64,000 nt of DNA from an uncultured delta proteobacterium (GTDB taxonomy: Bacteria > Desulfobacterota > Desulfobacteria > Desulfobacterales > SG8-13), in assembly GCA_963848135.1 (NCBI GenBank), contig CAWKCK010000003.1, positions 1,054,001-1,118,000 on the forward strand, read 5' to 3'. A model generated the notes under the pieces. It was not told where the DNA came from, did not search any database, and worked only from the letters and a program-made list of their open reading frames with translations. Both the position numbers and the translations under genes were made by a program. Positions 10,426 through 22,858 of the stretch are shown here, one piece after another (position 1 is the stretch's first letter; each line of letters begins with the position of its first letter).

Positions 10426-10917
10426 ATGAACCTTAAAGATAAACTGAATAGCGGCGAATTGATGAAGGGGCTGCTTCTGGCCCAGCTCATTATTCTGTTC
10501 CATGTTCTCATTGTCGCTGTGCTTGGGATAACGGTCCTGCTTCTGGGGGGAATTGCGCGCAACCTGGTTTGGGTTATTCTGGGTGTTGTTGTTATCACAT
10601 TGATCGTCACCTATATTATATATCGTCGGGTCAAAAACCAGGGCAGCGAGTTGCTGCGCGACCTCGATCAATCCGGGGTGATGCATGGCCGTCCGCTTGA
10701 AATCAGTTTCATGGGCGGATTGATGTCTTTCAAGGTCGGCGCCTCGAATGCGCCCCCGGCACTGGAAAACAGCCGCTCCGGTCCGGTTCCGCAACTGGAA
10801 GACGCCGGTACGATCCGCAAACGGGAATTGGCAGATCTGGCCCAGTTGTTGGCCGATGATATGATATCGTTCGAAGAGTATACCAGTGCCAAACATAAGA
10901 TCCTGTCCGCCAACTAA
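10426..10917 (+). CDS. Membrane protein with C-terminal SHOCT-like domain
   Basis: Two TM helices; ELADLAQLL..DMISFEEY..AK.KIL. Confidence 0.75.
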   Translation: MNLKDKLNSGELMKGLLLAQLIILFHVLIVAVLGITVLLLGGIARNLVWVILGVVVITLIVTYIIYRRVKNQGSELLRDLDQSGVMHGRPLEISFMGGLMSFKVGASNAPPALENSRSGPVPQLEDAGTIRKRELADLAQLLADDMISFEEYTSAKHKILSAN

Positions 10918-11280
10918 CCCGGAAATTTCATCAATTGGAGGCTTTTATGGCCAAGGCATTTCGAGGTGATGCTGTAGTCAGTCTACCGCGAACCTCGAAT
11001 AACGCCGGCCATGAAAGCCTCCGGTTGACCCGAAAGGTGAAATCTTTTCAGCTCTTTCATTAGATCTTGGGGAGGTACAAAGTGTCCCACGTTCATACGG
11101 TTCATAAATTTGACCAATGCCCCGATATGGCTTCCTTTTTTTCTACTCGGTGAAAAGATTTCATGAAATATTCGGGCTAAGTCGCTTCCAGCCCCGTCAC
11201 ATGTCATTCCTTTTACGTGAATTTATAAAATAAACGGGGCAGGGCGGCCTGACAAAAGTCGTTTGGAAAGGAAAGAGCGG

Positions 11281-12018
11281 ATGTTGCTTGAGAATCTGGC
11301 ATATACCGAAGTTGAGGAATACCTGAAAATAAAGGATATTATCCTTGTTCCGATTGGCGCGGTAGAACAACACAGTGCATACGGTCTGATTGGTACCGAC
11401 TTCATCGTCGCTGAGTCAATTGCCCTTGAGGCCGGTGATCGGCTCGATATTCTGGTGGCCCCAACTGTCTCTTACGCTGTATCTCCGCACCATATGGCTT
11501 TCAAAGGCACTGTCGCCCTGAGCCCGTCGACGCTAATCAAGGTTGTCGAAGACATCGTGAAGTCTCTTGTCACTCACGGGTTCCGAAGGGTTCTTTTCGT
11601 CAACGGTCACGGGGGAAATGTTGTACCGCTTCAGACCGCATTCCAGCAGCTCAAAGACCAGAATATTCCCGGTTATTTTGAAGCGATTTCCTGGTATATG
11701 GATTCAGAGGTGAAACGTTTATGTCGTGAAGCCTTCGGTGACAATGAGGGCCTGCATGCCACCCCGAGTGAGGTGTCGATTACCAAACACCTTCGACCGG
11801 CGGCCTTTTCCGGTAAAGCCGTGGTTGAAATAGAGGTAGAGAAGCCGACGCATTACTGGCCTCTGTCGGCCACTGAGATGAAGCGTGTATTTCCTGATGG
11901 CCGCATGCACTCGGCCCCCTGGCTGGCGACGAGGGAACTGGGTGAAAAAATTGCCGCTAAAGCAGCCAGGGGGTTGGAAAAAAAGATTAAGACGATTATG
12001 GATTTAACGATACTTTAA
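11281..12018 (+). CDS. Creatininase family amidohydrolase
   Basis: PIGAVEQH...GTD, SPHH.AF.GT, NGHGGN, HA...E.S. Confidence 0.9.
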   Translation: MLLENLAYTEVEEYLKIKDIILVPIGAVEQHSAYGLIGTDFIVAESIALEAGDRLDILVAPTVSYAVSPHHMAFKGTVALSPSTLIKVVEDIVKSLVTHGFRRVLFVNGHGGNVVPLQTAFQQLKDQNIPGYFEAISWYMDSEVKRLCREAFGDNEGLHATPSEVSITKHLRPAAFSGKAVVEIEVEKPTHYWPLSATEMKRVFPDGRMHSAPWLATRELGEKIAAKAARGLEKKIKTIMDLTIL

Positions 12019-12045
12019 CCCGCTATATTCCACATCTTATTCAAC

Positions 12046-12228
12046 TTATGACTGATCTTTGAGTTTGTCGACTGTTTCCAGGTCACAGACATCGAAGCTT
12101 TGTCCACAACCACCGCAAATCATCTCACACTCATCGACCTTGCGGCTTCTCCGGCGTTTTAACGGGTAGCGGCAATCCGGGCATTTGAGTGTTTCTTCGG
12201 AAGCGTTGGGTTTAGAAGGTTCCGGCAT
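12046..12228 (-). CDS. Small zinc-ribbon protein
   Basis: CPDC...CGGC; SD AAGGA. Confidence 0.6.
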   Translation of the reverse strand: MPEPSKPNASEETLKCPDCRYPLKRRRSRKVDECEMICGGCGQSFDVCDLETVDKLKDQS

Positions 12229-12277
12229 GGTAATTTCCTTTCTATTTTTTTGATATTCGTCAAATCAAATTACTAGG

Positions 12278-12997
12278 CTATTGGTCGTAATGATCGATAT
12301 AGTATAGTGTCGCGCCGACCGGAGCAAACGACAACAACAGGATATTCAAACCTGGAACCATAAACAGCAACCCGAATCCGAGGTGGAAAGGCAGTGTTTT
12401 TAGTAAAAATTTAATTCGGACTGAAAAGGGCTCCAGCCGCCGGGCGGGAACCAGATCGGTGTTATCCCAAGAGAGAAAAATAGCCGCTATAGCCGACGCC
12501 AGGATCGTCAATGGCGGGCCTAACGGTGTTAACCAACTCAAGGCCATAATCACCAGGGTAATCAGCACCGGTAAGGTAGTCCGGGGAATTTCCTGGCGTA
12601 TCAGGAAAAAAAAATGTTGAAGAAGCGGTGTTTCCGTTTGCGTTTTAAGCCCTCCAGACGCCAGCTGTTCGGTAATTCGTGACATGGCATCCATTATGAC
12701 AACTGCAAACAACAACTGGGATGCCAGGTAGGAAAGGATGACGCAGACACCCGCAAGGATCAGGGACATCAGCCAGGAAACAACATGCCAGAGCCACACG
12801 AGCCAAGCGCTCTCGGGCTTAATCCAGATGAGGTTAAGAATGTCCTGATGATAATAGAGAATGGTACCGGCTGTCAGCGTGGTCAACAAAATAACCAAAA
12901 CAAAGCGAATCAACCCGAGCAATAAGAGCTTCGGGCGCTTAAACGCAAACAGCATTCCACGCAGATTGTAGGTGACACCCTTGACGAAAGAGACCAT
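12278..12997 (-). CDS. EI24/CysZ-like membrane protein
   Basis: Multi-TM; D.MSRITE and PGLNILL..FAPVGATL patterns. Confidence 0.75.
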   Translation of the reverse strand: MVSFVKGVTYNLRGMLFAFKRPKLLLLGLIRFVLVILLTTLTAGTILYYHQDILNLIWIKPESAWLVWLWHVVSWLMSLILAGVCVILSYLASQLLFAVVIMDAMSRITEQLASGGLKTQTETPLLQHFFFLIRQEIPRTTLPVLITLVIMALSWLTPLGPPLTILASAIAAIFLSWDNTDLVPARRLEPFSVRIKFLLKTLPFHLGFGLLFMVPGLNILLLSFAPVGATLYYIDHYDQ

Positions 12998-13304
12998 ATT
13001 CTTCTTCTTTTCTCTGTTGCTAACCGTGTGGACGTTCTCCTTACAATACCCTTTATACCCTATCGGCATGCGAATTCAATCCCAAATATATTCCGAAATC
13101 TGGAAGGGTGGTATAAGTGATTGTAGAAAAAATCTTTCGCATTTCGAAACGTTTTTTTTAAAATCAATATAACAGAATGTATGGGTGCATTAAGAATCCG
13201 GTCGAGAATTAAGTGTTGCTGCCCGAATTAAAATGTTTTATGTTGACCCCGAAGGGGCTGCTATACCCAATCCAATCGGTGCATATATTCAGGGGGAGGT
13301 CGCG

Positions 13305-13499
13305 ATGAAAGTAAAAATCGACTATGATTTGTGCATGGGAGACCGAAATTGTAACAAATTGTGCCCAGAAGTCTTTCAGTACGATGAGGATCAACTGATT
13401 TCAACAATACTCGTAGACGAGGTGCCGGCGCACCTTGAAGATGTCGTCAGACAAGCTGCCATGGAATGTGCGCCCGGGGCAATTATTGTTGAAGAATAG
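13305..13499 (+). CDS. Monocluster ferredoxin (CxxDxxC type)
   Basis: CMGDRNC...CPEVF...ECAPGAI; SD GGAGG. Confidence 0.88.
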   Translation: MKVKIDYDLCMGDRNCNKLCPEVFQYDEDQLISTILVDEVPAHLEDVVRQAAMECAPGAIIVEE

Positions 13500-13616
13500 A
13501 TCGTACAAAAGCAGATTTAACAGGCTGTCGAAATATCCGGGATGGGGGGTGAGCTGACCGGAAGCGTTCGATTCTGACGTGTTACGATAGCGAGGTGAAT
13601 ACCGACGGGGTCACGG

Positions 13617-14387
13617 GTGCTGTTCGACATGAATGCTGAGACTATTAAGATACTGGCTGATGGCGTCAAAGAATATTTCAGCCCATACGAACTCGAAGAC
13701 CTTTGCCGCCGGCTCGACATTAGTATCGAGTACTCCGGAACCAGCCCCGACTTGCGGCGGCTTGCCAGCGATGTGCTTGCCGATCCGCACGCTGATCCGA
13801 ACAGACGCTTTTTAAAGGCCGTGCTTGGCGAATTGATAAAAAGGTGCCAGGAACAGGTCCAGAACGCAACCCGGGAAGATAATCTGTATCATCAACAGAT
13901 GGGTTTGCAACTCGGTCAACTCCGTCAGTATTTGAAACAGGATAAACCGGCAGGATCAGCGCCTCCGAAAGATGTCCCGCCACACAGCGTTTCACCTCGA
14001 TCGGGTATGGTCACATTTTTTGACCAGGCTCAAACAGTTGTTACAATAATGGAACCCGATCTTGGCGTTGGCACGCTGGACTGCCTGAGAACAGTGGCGC
14101 ACCCCATTCGGTTGCTGACAGCAGATCCGTCTGAGGGATTCGATCGGAATTTTACCCGCGCGTTAAAGTTTTTCCGTGAACGTGGGAAGACGATTGATCT
14201 GAGGCTAAACAAGGGTATCCACGACTGCATTGTTCTCTTCAATAAGCGTTGCTGGCTGTTTCCCTGCCCGATTAAAGATGCGGCCGAATCCACGGTGAGC
14301 ATGATCGAAGTCATCGACTGCCGTGAAGCGATCGCCGACATTGTCGAGCTCAACTGGCGGCAGGCGGAATTGCTTATCGTCGCTTGA
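13617..14387 (+). CDS. Hypothetical two-domain protein
   Basis: 256-aa ORF; helical N-domain, Pro-rich linker, C-domain resembling a PLD-like HDRFI fold. Confidence 0.65.
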   Translation: MLFDMNAETIKILADGVKEYFSPYELEDLCRRLDISIEYSGTSPDLRRLASDVLADPHADPNRRFLKAVLGELIKRCQEQVQNATREDNLYHQQMGLQLGQLRQYLKQDKPAGSAPPKDVPPHSVSPRSGMVTFFDQAQTVVTIMEPDLGVGTLDCLRTVAHPIRLLTADPSEGFDRNFTRALKFFRERGKTIDLRLNKGIHDCIVLFNKRCWLFPCPIKDAAESTVSMIEVIDCREAIADIVELNWRQAELLIVA

Positions 14388-14811
14388 ATATTTCTCCATC
14401 AGGGTTCATACGAAACCAGCCTGAGGATATCAGGCTCGGTCAAATCGGAATTTTCGTAACTGCCCTTATTCAAGGCGCTCGGCAGATTGTTTTACAGCTA
14501 TTCAATTCACCTTATGATCACGTTGCCGGATGTTTTTCTGCAGTATCGCTTATGCTCTGTTCAGAATGCACTTGGCCGTCCTTAACCTGCCTGTATTGTA
14601 CTTCTGTGACCATCGGTATTGCGCGTGGGTGAAAATTTCGATTTATCGTCTGTCGTTGGCAGGGGTTGACGCGATCGAGCGTTGTGATAGTCTGCTTGAG
14701 AAAACCACAGGTTAGACCGCAATATCCCCCCTGACCGGACACATTACAAATGCCGTTATTGGCGGCGATTTCAATTAAAACCAGACACCGACAGATGTAG
14801 GATGGTATCCG

Positions 14812-15774
14812 ATGGAAGATGCGAAAACACCGCGCATGACAACCTTTGGCAAGCGGGTCGTATTGGCCCTGATGGCATTCTTTCTCATATGGCCACTGAC
14901 ACTGGGAGCCATCTGGTTAATCTATCGGGGTTACACCATGATCGACCAAACAATGTTTCCACTCCCGAATGCTGATTTGATTGAACTCACAGCCAAGACA
15001 CCCCCGGATGCTCCGGATGCTCAAAAAGGTGCGGTACTTTCTGCTGCAATGAGAAATCGCCTATCCCAGGAAATGCGCTCAACCTTCGGGTGGTCTGTCA
15101 ACGACCTCTGGATTTCACCAACCCGCTGGTTGGACAATCGAGCCAATCGCCAACGGGGAACCATCTTCGCAACGCGGATGCTTCTGAACTTTTATTCTAC
15201 CCACCTTTCCAAGTATGGTGCCGTGGATGCAGAAAATGAGCAACTTAAAGAAGCCAGGGAAAAACGGTTGGCCTTCACCGAGGACAGCTGGTGGTTTCCA
15301 TCCACAGAGAAGGAATACCGCAAGGGAATCGCACTCATAAAGCAATATGAGGCCGATTTACTCGACGGCACGGCTATATTCAACATGCGCTCGGATGACA
15401 TGTACGACCTTTTGGATTTTATCACGGGCAGGCAGTTGCTCGATCAACCACTGGGGTTACTGGTTCAAAGCAATCCCGAGGTTCCTTACTCGGACCTGGA
15501 CGACCGGATCTATTACACCCAGGGGGTCATTCTGGTGCTGCGAGACCTACTGAAAACACTGTTCGTTCTATACCCCGAAATCGAGGCCAAGGGCGGGACA
15601 GATAACATTCGGGTTGCCATGAGAGAAATAGATCAAATTTGCACTTTCGACCCGGTGGTTGTCTTGAGAGGCGATCATGATTCCGTCATGGCCGATCACC
15701 GCGGCAAGATGGCACGCTACCTGATTTCAGTCAGAGAGAGACTGAACGATGTGGCCCAATCCGTCCGCCGCTGA
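14812..15774 (+). CDS. DUF2333 family protein
   Basis: GWSVND, WLDNRANRQRG, WWFPSTEKEY, DDRIYYTQG, P.VVL.G...ADHR. Confidence 0.8.
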   Translation: MEDAKTPRMTTFGKRVVLALMAFFLIWPLTLGAIWLIYRGYTMIDQTMFPLPNADLIELTAKTPPDAPDAQKGAVLSAAMRNRLSQEMRSTFGWSVNDLWISPTRWLDNRANRQRGTIFATRMLLNFYSTHLSKYGAVDAENEQLKEAREKRLAFTEDSWWFPSTEKEYRKGIALIKQYEADLLDGTAIFNMRSDDMYDLLDFITGRQLLDQPLGLLVQSNPEVPYSDLDDRIYYTQGVILVLRDLLKTLFVLYPEIEAKGGTDNIRVAMREIDQICTFDPVVVLRGDHDSVMADHRGKMARYLISVRERLNDVAQSVRR

Positions 15775-15802
15775 TGTCGCCCAAACCTGTTTTCCCACTC
15801 AG

Positions 15803-16207
15803 TTATGAGATGTTGCCGCCAAGAAATTTTAAACTGGCGTATAATGTTTTGAATTCTTCCGGTGCCACCGGCTCCCAGGGGACGGTCGGCATGAATTTAA
15901 GGGAGGATTGCACATTCGGTGCGAACACCTTTCCGGCCTGAATATCCGGTTTACGCAGGATGAATTTATACTCTGGACTCAGGTCCAGCAGGATGTCGAG
16001 CGAATCGCTCTCCTCAAGAAGTTCAACGACCAGATTGTTCTGAACCAGGCTTCCGCCTTTGAGCCAGCGTTTCCCTGTTCGCCCGGTAAAGATCTCTATG
16101 TACGCTTTTTCTAATGCCACGGCTGCGTTGCCCGCTGTAAAGAGTAAACCTTCCTCAACCCGATATTGACCGTCTTCGAATGGAATCCAATCGTTGGCTA
16201 AATTCAC
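15803..16207 (-). CDS. Hypothetical protein
   Basis: GTG start after GGAGGGG; protein-like composition. Confidence 0.65.
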   Translation of the reverse strand: MNLANDWIPFEDGQYRVEEGLLFTAGNAAVALEKAYIEIFTGRTGKRWLKGGSLVQNNLVVELLEESDSLDILLDLSPEYKFILRKPDIQAGKVFAPNVQSSLKFMPTVPWEPVAPEEFKTLYASLKFLGGNIS

Positions 16208-16445
16208 ATCCCCTCCACTGGCAAGTATTGAAAAAGGCCATGATTCCCTGGCCGGGTGTTGACCCATTCGGTCAAAATTAATACCCGGAACCGCAGTGTA
16301 CAAGTACCGATCTTTTTTTCAGATACGTATTTGGGGCGGCGGCAAACACAAAAAAGCGCAATAAATGATTGTTCTATACTGCTCAAGTATCTAAAGTTTA
16401 ATAAATTTACTCATAGTGTAGAAAAGATTTCATGAAATCTTCGGG

Positions 16446-16835
16446 TTAGACGGTCTTGCCCGCCTCGTCATTCTCCGAATCGCGGCAGCCAGAAGGGTGA
16501 ATATCGATTTTATTCTTTATATAGGCAACCATGGCCTGATGCACGGTTTCTTTTAAAACCGGATTCTTTATGGTGAGCAGCCATGATCGTCTTTTTTCGA
16601 TAATTACCCATAGTAGGCTGCATACCGTCAGTCCTCCATAGAAGATAATCTGCAAGGCGGTCTCTAATTTGATCGGTATCAAGAGCGACATTAGCAGGAT
16701 GGCGGATACAGCCGACCACATATGCCTTATCACGGCAGCCGATATGTCGTCCTGCCGTTTGATCGACCATAAGTAAAAGGCACCAATTTTCTCATCCCAA
16801 TAGGATTTTCCGTGGTTCCGGGTTTTCATCGTCAT
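16446..16835 (-). CDS. Hypothetical membrane protein
   Basis: SD GGAGG; two TM segments. Confidence 0.6.
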   Translation of the reverse strand: MTMKTRNHGKSYWDEKIGAFYLWSIKRQDDISAAVIRHMWSAVSAILLMSLLIPIKLETALQIIFYGGLTVCSLLWVIIEKRRSWLLTIKNPVLKETVHQAMVAYIKNKIDIHPSGCRDSENDEAGKTV

Positions 16836-17097
16836 CCCTCCCTTCTCCACAAAGTATTGACTTATAACTTAACCATGCGTCCGAATAGAGTCAAATGAGA
16901 GATTGCCACGGCCAGATATTATTGCTTATGTCAGGGGCGAGAAATAGAAGATTGCTTAAAAATAAATTAAGGTAAAACGATAAGTTAGGCTGCATTTAGA
17001 CAGAACGACTTCGAAGGGTGCCTGTCGGCCAGGCTTGAAGTCAGGCAGCAATTGTGGTAGATAACCAACAAGTCAAAACAGGAACGGGTTAAAATTC

Positions 17098-17550
17098 ATG
17101 GCGCGCGTCAAACTGATCTTGCCAAAAGAGTTTATTTATACAGTCGACATCCGTGTGCGGATCAGTGACATCAATTACGGAAACCACCTCGGAAACGACG
17201 CCGTACTGTCCTTGGTCCACGACGCCCGATTGCAGTGCCTCGAGGCGCATGGATTTTCCGAATTGGACATCGGCGGTCGCGGGTTGATGCTCACCGATGC
17301 GGTGATCGTCTACAAATCTCAGGGGTTTTACGGGGATGTGTTGACGATCAGCGTTGCTGTGGCAGACTTCAACAAATACGGTTGTGACATATTTTACAAA
17401 GTTGACCACCAAAGTACCGGTCGGGAAATCGCCCGGGCCAAAACCGGTATCGTGTTCTTCGATTACGCTGAGCAAAAAATCTCCAAAGTTCCGGACGTTT
17501 TTACAGCCGTATTCAATCCAATAGCTCCATCGGAAGGAGGAAAGATATGA
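17098..17550 (+). CDS. Hotdog-fold acyl-CoA thioesterase
   Basis: VRISDINYGNHLGND motif. Confidence 0.88.
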   Translation: MARVKLILPKEFIYTVDIRVRISDINYGNHLGNDAVLSLVHDARLQCLEAHGFSELDIGGRGLMLTDAVIVYKSQGFYGDVLTISVAVADFNKYGCDIFYKVDHQSTGREIARAKTGIVFFDYAEQKISKVPDVFTAVFNPIAPSEGGKI

Positions 17551-18230
17551 CCATTAACGTTACTTGGTATAGCCATGCCTGCTTTCTCATCGATACCGGT
17601 GCCGGTAAGCTTCTGACCGATCCCTTTCTGACCGGCAATCCCTTAGCGCCATTAGGCCCCGGGGATGTTGAGGCGGATTACATTCTCGTGTCCCATGGTC
17701 ACGGTGATCATGTTGGTGACACGGTAGCGATTGCCAAACGCACCGGGGCTACTGTAATCGCCAATTTCGAAATCCAGAACTGGTTCGTGGGACAGGGCGT
17801 AGAAAATACGCATCCTCAACATATTGGCGGTGGTTTCGATTATCCATGGGGGCGCGTCAAGCTGACCTCAGCCCAACACGGATCGGCCCTGCCCGACGGG
17901 AGTTACGGCGGTAATCCGTGCGGGTTTCTTTTCTACATTCAGGGGAAAAAGATCTATCATGCCTGTGACACGGGTCTTTTCTACGATATGAAACTTATCG
18001 GAGAAGAAGGAATTGATCTGGCCATTTTGCCAATCGGCGACAACTTCACGATGGGCCCCGTCGACGCCTTGCGGGCCGTTAAATTAATCGAACCGGCCCA
18101 GGTGGTGCCGATTCATTACGACACTTTCGAGGTCATCAAACAAGATCCCGACCAGTGGGCCGAAAAGGTTCGCGCAGAAACGAACGCCATCGTGACTGTC
18201 ATGAAACCTGGGGACACGATCGCTCTCTGA
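17547..18230 (+). CDS. Metal-dependent hydrolase, MBL fold (UPF0173)
   Basis: DPFLTGNP, SHGHGDH, YHACDT, LPIGDNFTMG, PIHYDTF; ATGA overlap with previous gene. Confidence 0.9.
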   Translation: MTINVTWYSHACFLIDTGAGKLLTDPFLTGNPLAPLGPGDVEADYILVSHGHGDHVGDTVAIAKRTGATVIANFEIQNWFVGQGVENTHPQHIGGGFDYPWGRVKLTSAQHGSALPDGSYGGNPCGFLFYIQGKKIYHACDTGLFYDMKLIGEEGIDLAILPIGDNFTMGPVDALRAVKLIEPAQVVPIHYDTFEVIKQDPDQWAEKVRAETNAIVTVMKPGDTIAL

Positions 18231-18283
18231 ACCTGCGGAAAAAAGTGGATAAACCGCTAGACGATTTACTGCGGTAACAGTGA

Positions 18284-18324
18284 GGGTTAGCGATCGCCAC
18301 TCCTACCGTCGCTAACCCCCAAAA
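18284..18324. terminator. Hairpin downstream of the hydrolase gene
   Basis: GGGTTAGCGAT...GTCGCTAACCC. Confidence 0.45.
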
Positions 18325-18487
18325 GTCATTCTGCTTTCAACTGAACCATCCATTGCCTTGTGCTTTATTGACAAAATACCCCCCGTGATTACCCTCCTTT
18401 ATCTGAATGTTATTCTTTACAGCCGCTGATATCACTCTTCCGTATTTTGGTATTTATTTTCTAAAAACGTTACAAATTCTGTTTTGA

Positions 18488-21169
<2,682 letters not shown>

Positions 21170-21173
21170 AGAC

Positions 21174-22031
21174 ATGCAAACGAATACGAAAAGTAAGTTA
21201 CCAAAGGTTGTTATGCCCGAATGCCTGATCGCGAAAATCCTTACGGGCCAGAAAGCGCTCGTGACCGGCGCCAATTCCGGTATCGGTGAGGCCGTTGCCC
21301 TTGCGCTGGGTTCGGCCGGTGCGGATGTGGTCGTCAACTACCTGCGCGGCACAGCAGAGGCCGAACGCGTGGCCGAAAGGATTCAAAGTTGCGGCAGCCG
21401 TGCCTATGTTCATCGGGCGGACGTTTCCAGCGAGCAACACGTGCGAGAAATGTTTCAACAGATGCTTGATACCTTTGGCACCATCGATATTCTGGTCAAC
21501 AATGCGGGATTGCAGCAAGACGCTCCTTTCGAGGACATGACTCTCGAACAGTGGAACCGGGTGATCGATGTCAATTTGACCGGGCAGTTTTTATGTGCCC
21601 GAGAGGCGGTGAGGGAATTCAAACGCCGTGGCGTCGTAAAGAAAACCTCCTGTTCGGCCGGCAAAATCATTTGCATCAGTTCCGTTCACGAGGTCATACC
21701 TTGGGCCGGGCACGTAAATTACGCGGCCTCCAAAGGCGGGGTCATGCTGATGATGAAGAGTATCGCCCAGGAGGTCGCTCCCTATCGGATACGGGTCAAC
21801 AGTATTGCACCGGGGGCCATCCGGACCCCAATAAACACGACGGCATGGGAAACGCCGGCAGCCTATGCGGCCCTGATGGAACTCGTCCCTTACAAACGGA
21901 TCGGCGAACCGGAGGATATAGCACAGGCCGCCGTATGGCTCGCTTCAGACCAATCCGATTACATCACCGGTACCAGCCTGATCGTCGACGGTGGGATGAC
22001 CCTTTATCCCGGGTTTGCTGAAGGCGGTTAA
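21174..22031 (+). CDS. Glucose 1-dehydrogenase-like SDR
   Basis: TGANSGIG, NNAG, SSVHE.IPW, YAASK, DGGMTLYP. Confidence 0.9.
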   Translation: MQTNTKSKLPKVVMPECLIAKILTGQKALVTGANSGIGEAVALALGSAGADVVVNYLRGTAEAERVAERIQSCGSRAYVHRADVSSEQHVREMFQQMLDTFGTIDILVNNAGLQQDAPFEDMTLEQWNRVIDVNLTGQFLCAREAVREFKRRGVVKKTSCSAGKIICISSVHEVIPWAGHVNYAASKGGVMLMMKSIAQEVAPYRIRVNSIAPGAIRTPINTTAWETPAAYAALMELVPYKRIGEPEDIAQAAVWLASDQSDYITGTSLIVDGGMTLYPGFAEGG

Positions 22032-22170
22032 TTCCCACCACACCCGCATCTTTCAAGGCTTACATGCATTCATTTTAACCTCACAAGACCACAAGAGTTT
22101 ACGGATTACCATTCCTCGAACAATAAGAATCCTTAAAGCAATTCCTGGTGGTGGTCCACGGGTAGTGTGC

Positions 22171-22858
22171 TTATTGGGGAGGGTTAAATTGATACCCGAC
22201 ACCGTAAACGGTATGAATGATATCTTGTTCGGGAAGACGAAGGGCGATTTTTTTACGAAGATTCTTTATATGGCTGTCGATTGTGCGATCATAGCCTTCA
22301 AATTGATATCCTTGCACCCTGTCAAGTAATTCACTGCGCGTAAAAACACGGTTGGGATTTGCCATCATTATTTTTAATAATCCAAACTCACTGGGTGTTA
22401 ACTTGAGCGGTTGGCCATCAACGGTCACTTGGTGGGTTTCGTCATTTAAGGACAATGGGCCGGAGATCAGTTGTTTCATTTCCGGTGATGTGTAGGTTCG
22501 GCGCAAAACCGCTTTTACCCGAGCAATCACTTCACGCGGGCTAAACGGTTTGCAAATATAGTCATCTGCGCCCAACTCCAAACCGATAATACGATCAATC
22601 TCCTCCACTTTGGCGGTAATCATTAGAATTGGAATGTTTGAAAAATTTCTGACTTCACGACAAACCTGAGTACCGTCCTTGCCCGGTATCATAATGTCCA
22701 ATAGAATCAATGCCGGTTGCTCCCGCTTAACTTTTGGAACTACCTCATCGCCGCGATCCAGGCATGTTACCGTAATATCCTGCCTGAATAAGATAATCTC
22801 GCAACAAATCGGAAATTTTAGGCTCGTCTTCTACGACGAAAATGTGTTCGTTGGCCAT
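22171..22858 (-). CDS. OmpR-family response regulator (BaeR-like); +1 frameshift near 22775
   Basis: MANEHIFVVEDEPKI from ATG 22858 (TAATG overlap) rejoins TVTCLDRGDEV..LILLDIM after removing one base; wHTH RTIDSHIKNLRKK. Confidence 0.85.
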
